Assembly: GCA_002269645.1 (NCBI GenBank)
Contig: NIVC01000874.1
Span: 1-64,000 of the forward strand
DNA from: Macrostomum lignano
Lineage: Eukaryota
Direction: 5' to 3'
Length of the DNA: 64,000 nucleotides
The position numbers and the translations under genes are program-made. Each line of letters opens with the position of its first letter. Within the stretch, counting starts at the first letter, position 1. Below the pieces are notes generated by a model. The model was not told the DNA's origin. It saw only the letters and a program-made list of their open reading frames with translations, and searched no databases. Shown here in pieces: positions 59,019 through 64,000 of the stretch.

Positions 59019-62013
59019 AAAACTCCGTCATCTTGACCATAGACATATCATTCTCTATGATTGCGTGTGTTCTGCCGTTGTCTGGAACTGAACTAACTGA
59101 TTTTTTCAACCCTTGGCTTTTACCATAGACGTGGCAGATATTAAGATGTGGGGGCTTCGCACGCTCGTGTCTATGGCCATTAACTGAAATCTCAATTCCG
59201 GACAACCACCCATTGTCTAATTCGGTTAGTTCAAAGTTCCGCCATAGACTACTGTTATAGCTCGCCAAGCCACAAGCTTTGTACTCAGACTGAGGTCATC
59301 AGTTTTCGCTCTCCCCGGTTTAGTTTATGACCTGTGAGCTCTGTGGTAGTTATTGACAAGTCTTCGCCAACAACTGCTCATGCAGCCTCCCCTCAGTCGA
59401 GCTCCCAAGAATTTGGACAAGTCGGGTTGAGATTGAAGGGCGATTTTTCTCAGTTTTTATCGCTAAAATCGCCGTGAAATCTCGCTTACAAATATGCTTA
59501 CAGCTTGGTTATAATTTGCCAAACATGCGCTGGCTTCAATTGGCCGCGAGAGATCAAGTCGCGCGCAAATATGATAGATGACCATGGTTCATTGTTATTG
59601 CATTAGCCTGGTGAGCACTAGCTGAGCAGTTGATCTGCATCTAGCTATCTCTCTCTTAACTGGGGGCTCATCTCATTGTGCCGGTCATGCATGTACATCC
59701 CAACTCGCCCTCCCCGCTACCCAGATCCCATTCAATAAAGGCATACAGCATACCCACGGGCTCATGTTTCGCAGCATTGGGAATTGGGAATAATAGATTA
59801 CAATTAATTGCAATATACAATGCATGGGCAACTAATTTAGCAAGGAATTGGCGAGACCCAGGATCATTGTTACATTGTGAGGCAGTGGTTTGTTGAATTC
59901 TGATGCATTATTGACTGGATTCATTCTTTATTGTCTAGCTACAAGCAATGGAAGGACAAGGAAGTGTTCCCTAAATGATCTGCACATATGAAAAAGCAAA
60001 TGCATGCAGATAGGTTGCAACAGCTATGCTTGCTGGCTTTAGCAATCGAAGTAATATTTAGACTAAAGCACATATGCTAGTCGATAAATGTTCAATCGAT
60101 AGCTTCATTTGCTCAACACACTGCCGAGTGGGTGACTTCTGCGATTGTTGATTTAAGCATGTAAACAGCCTCAGTAGCCGTAAGGGCCTCACAATTGTGC
60201 GCCCACTCTTTGCGGGAATGCAAATAGGCAACGTAGTATATATGAACTATGAACTCGAGCGTGTTATATATAACGTATAATTGAAATTCTCATTAATAAA
60301 TATTTAAATATATGGCCTGCTGCTTTGCATAGTAATGTATTATTCTCGGAAGCTAAAAACTCATGCAGTGCAAAAATTCTTTGTTTTCCATTTGGAAAAA
60401 AACTGCATATCGATTCAACGTATTAGTAGCATTCTTAACTTTAGCTTAACGTAACAAAAATGCATTCTGGTAATTATGCCTTAGAATGCCAGAAATTGAA
60501 ATATACAAGCAGTTTTAAATTAGTAGACCCATCCATGAAGAAAGATTCAACTCTGTGTTTTCTAAGTATTGTAAATGTATTTCATACTGAATCATAAGCA
60601 TCTCATACTTTCACTTTACTTTACGCACATGGATCCAAATTCTAACATACAATATGCGCTTAAACGTTTAAATTTTAAGCGTTTTAAAGAAAGTAAAGCT
60701 CTTAAATTTTTCTAACCACCTTAATCAAAAAGTTAAAATAAGCGACTTTTAATTACATGAGCATGTATTTGTGGAATTACATAAACATACGACAACACAT
60801 TATACAAGCTTTTTCTGGTGAAAATTAAAACTAATGTAGTAGTTAAGTAAGTAAAATCTTTCGACAATAAATACTTAAAACAAAAATTACCATGGAAAAA
60901 AGTATTAGAGTGAAAATTTTCATGATATGGCCAGAAACTTCTACTCCGCAAATTTATAATCGAAAGTCGGGGCCTTATCAACAAAGCAAAACCTAAAAAA
61001 ACTCCATTTATTGAAAAAACCAAGATACTGAAAATTATTTTGAGATTCCTAAACCAATATCGCGTGATTCTAAATAGTTTTTATTTTTTTAGGATTTTAC
61101 TTACGTAATTTACGACTGGTTACATTTATCGATTACGTTGCGAACGAGTTTTTCGCGCCAGTTCGGTATTTGTATTTCTTAACATCGACCGTCGGCTTGC
61201 CTAAAATTATCATCGCCTTAGTCCGATATAATGGAAAATGAGATAAGTTCATTATTATTATTAAGTTGTTGTGTTTTTTTGACGAAATAGTTTAAAAACA
61301 CAGCGAAAACTTTATTTGATAGAAATAGTTCTGGCGCATAGCGCCAGCAAGCTTTTTTGATAGGATTTGTTCCGACGGCGATCCTGAAGATTCCCGCGTT
61401 TAATTATTTTACGGAATTATTTCGCCCTCTATTCAAGGGTGGTGGGGGGATGGGGGTTATAATTAAACGCGGGAAACTAAGAAATCGCCGTTCCGACAAT
61501 CCGACACACGGACACGGTGCAAGCAAACTTTATTTATAGGCCTAACATTTGTTCTAGCGCAGGCGTATCATAATCCTGACTAATAGACTTATGCTAGGCC
61601 TCTATTGTATTTATGCTTAGTATAAAAGACTTGGTCTTGGGAAGGGCTGTTAGCCAATGGCCATCCATAAATGCAGCAAAAAACTTGTAAATAATAAAAG
61701 TACTATTTGGTTTTGTTGTTGAGAATGTTCTCTCGGTTTCTAGAAAATTCGATCCCAGAACTTTTTGGAACATTGTAGAAGTTTACTGTGTGGGTATATA
61801 TTAGAGATGGGTGTATGCAATCTTGAGAGACTACTTTTTATGACTATTGCTATGATCTATCAAAGTATAGCAGGTCTTTTTCTTCCCTCTGACTAATCCC
61901 ACTAAAGTGCCACCAAGATATAGCAGACCTAGGCCTAATTGTTCTGCCCTAAAAGATCCCACTATTTATACCTCTATGTACTAATAATTTGTTATTACAC
62001 ATATATGGGCTAT

Positions 62014-62400
62014 TGGCAATAGTGCAGTTTTGTTTGCAAAATTATTTTTTGTTTAAATTTGAAAGTTCAAAAACGGGAAAACAATAACAATGATGTTTTA
62101 AACCATTCTAGCAACTGTGCCAGAGCTCACTGGTCACAGAACTTTAAAGCAAATGGGTGCTCTATTAATATACTTTTTTCATTAAATCTGTGCCATGCTT
62201 GAATACTACTTGAAATACAAGTTGTCTATGGAAAAAATAGTTTTAAAAAAATTAAAAAGGCTCAAGTGGGGGGGCTTGAACTGTTTCCCTTTAGCTGAGA
62301 AGTTGCTAATAACTGCTTTTTTTGGATAACATTGTATCATGGCTAGATGACTACCAAGACCCTCGTGGATAATTTTGCAAACAAAACTGCACTATTGCCA
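62014..62400. mobile_element. MITE with perfect 32-bp TIRs and target duplication
   Basis: TGGCAATAGTGCAGTTTTGTTTGCAAAATTAT at 62014-62045 and its exact reverse complement at 62369-62400. GGCTAT flanks both sides. Confidence 0.85.
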
Positions 62401-63014
62401 GGCTATTGTCTATATAAATTAATTACCTTGGTAGGTTCAATACTTGAGTGGCAAGACATTGCTGACTATTAATTGCTAAACTACATAGCCATAGTGCAAA
62501 GGATATCCATGTATGACAGAATGTAAATTAAAATTTTGGCTTATTGTACGACAATATTACAGTGATTGAAAAATGGTACTATTGGTGTATAATAAGATAT
62601 AATAGGAATAAACACAAATAAATATAAATAATTTAAATATTTTCTAATTTTCTAAAGTGCAAAGTGCAAATAATGCATATCAGTTAGAAAAACAAAACAA
62701 ATACTATGTTAATAACCAAGGGGTTTCTAGCTTTTGTACCATCTTTCCCAACTTATAACAAAAATCCTGTATTTATAATAGTTTACTTATTCCTAGAGAC
62801 TTTTCCCCTTTTTACTAGGCAATCTGCTCTCTTTACTCTGCAAAATGCTTATTTCCACAATCTCTTGCTTTAGCTAGCCAAATGCCCTTAGTCTATCCAA
62901 CACAGCTCCTCTATCCCATAATCTTGCTGAACTCAATAATCATTGACTTATACTCCTCAAATGACTAAGACAGAAAGACTGCTTAGATTTAGTTTGAACT
63001 AAAGAAAAGATTAA

Positions 63015-63093
63015 CAAGTAGTATGAAGACGCACACGTCTTTTTGCCACCAGTGAACGGGCTTCTTTTTAGACGTGGGTCTTCATACTACTTG
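63015..63093. other. Hairpin with about 24-bp stem (outer 16 bp perfect)
   Basis: CAAGTAGTATGAAGAC...GTCTTCATACTACTTG plus inner CACGTCT/AGACGTG arms. Confidence 0.8.
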
Positions 63094-64000
63094 ATAAACC
63101 TAGTTTTGTACCGATGAAAAAGAACTTTGAGAAGCTCAATAAAAATGTAAATCTCTACTTCTCCCATTTTCTCTCTTTGTCTGTTCTGTTTCTCTCCACT
63201 CTAATCTCTCTCTAGTCTCCCCTCTCCTCTCCTCTCGCTTCTAGCTCTCGTTTTATCTCTTATCTTCTCTTTAGTCTTATCTCTTCTCTATTCTCTTTCT
63301 CTCTCATCTGACCCGCAGCCATGAGCTGGAATCGAGTCTTCTATAATAGGCTTTAGAAGGCCTCGATATAAAAAAATTTCTAATGACTCCAGAGTGTAGC
63401 AGGGTTATCAGGGTTATATTTTGCAAAGAAAGCTATAAATAAAGTCTTTCCAAAACACTGTACATTCCTACTTCAGAAGCCGTATCGCCTGACTTTTTAG
63501 TCGGGGGGAGGATTGTACACGTAGTGACTTGGATCTTGCGCCCGACAAACTTTGTACTGGGCTTGCAATTCAAATGTGCAGTTAAAGAGCTAAATTTAAT
63601 ACGAAATTCTAATCACGTGACGCCCATTTATCGATCTAATTTCCCTTGGTCTGTGTGCGAGTCAAATGAAGCTCTATTACACGCCCTCCAAACCAAGCCG
63701 CCAAGCCCTCTCGCGTTGCCACAACCCCACTTGGAAGGGACGGGTGTGTACATTGTATGTACGATTATTCCTTCCTTTCCTTTCCTTTCCTTCCTTTCTA
63801 ACCAGCTTAACTCAGCCCAATGCCAAAGCCATGCAAGCAATCACATGCAAATGCAGATTATGCAAAGCGGTATGCAGCTTAATGTGATGAATTTCGATGC
63901 AAAAAAGGCATTTTTTACATGAAAAAAACATCGAATGGTTATGAAATTCAAGAAATTTGTTAAATTAACTATATGGAATACTGTGCATTGGTTTCAGTGC

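Noticed and set aside
59900-61400. AT-rich stretch with short ORF 60733-61023 as a transposase remnant
   Set aside because: No recognisable motif in any frame that I could translate.

Overview
Eukaryotic (animal) genomic DNA. The GC-rich exons and minisatellite-filled introns resemble the flatworm Macrostomum, but this is inference only. The window has three zones. (1) 1-22.8 kb is a nest of mostly minus-strand Ty3/Gypsy LTR elements. It includes one full-length copy (LTRs, PBS, PPT, 5-bp TSD) inserted in a DIRS/Ngaro-type tyrosine-recombinase retroelement. (2) 23.4-32.5 kb holds an RTE LINE (12-bp TSD) carrying a nested Ingi/I-group LINE (12-bp TSD). Next is a fully bounded 4.26-kb P-superfamily DNA transposon (about 150-bp TIRs starting CATGGATGAA, exact 8-bp TSD) with two THAP domains and a decayed transposase. 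(3) 34-64 kb contains three spliced host genes reconstructed by hand: a 3-domain gelsolin/severin-like gene (8 exons, one GC-AG intron), an alpha-arrestin-like gene (2 exons) and an N-acylated globin X-like gene (3 exons). Their larger introns carry minisatellites. This zone also has CORE-type tRNA SINEs, several MITEs and an unlisted Crypton-like open frame. The octamer CCATAGAC/GTCTATGG is strongly over-represented throughout. Most long ORFs in the supplied track beyond 34 kb are minisatellite artefacts.
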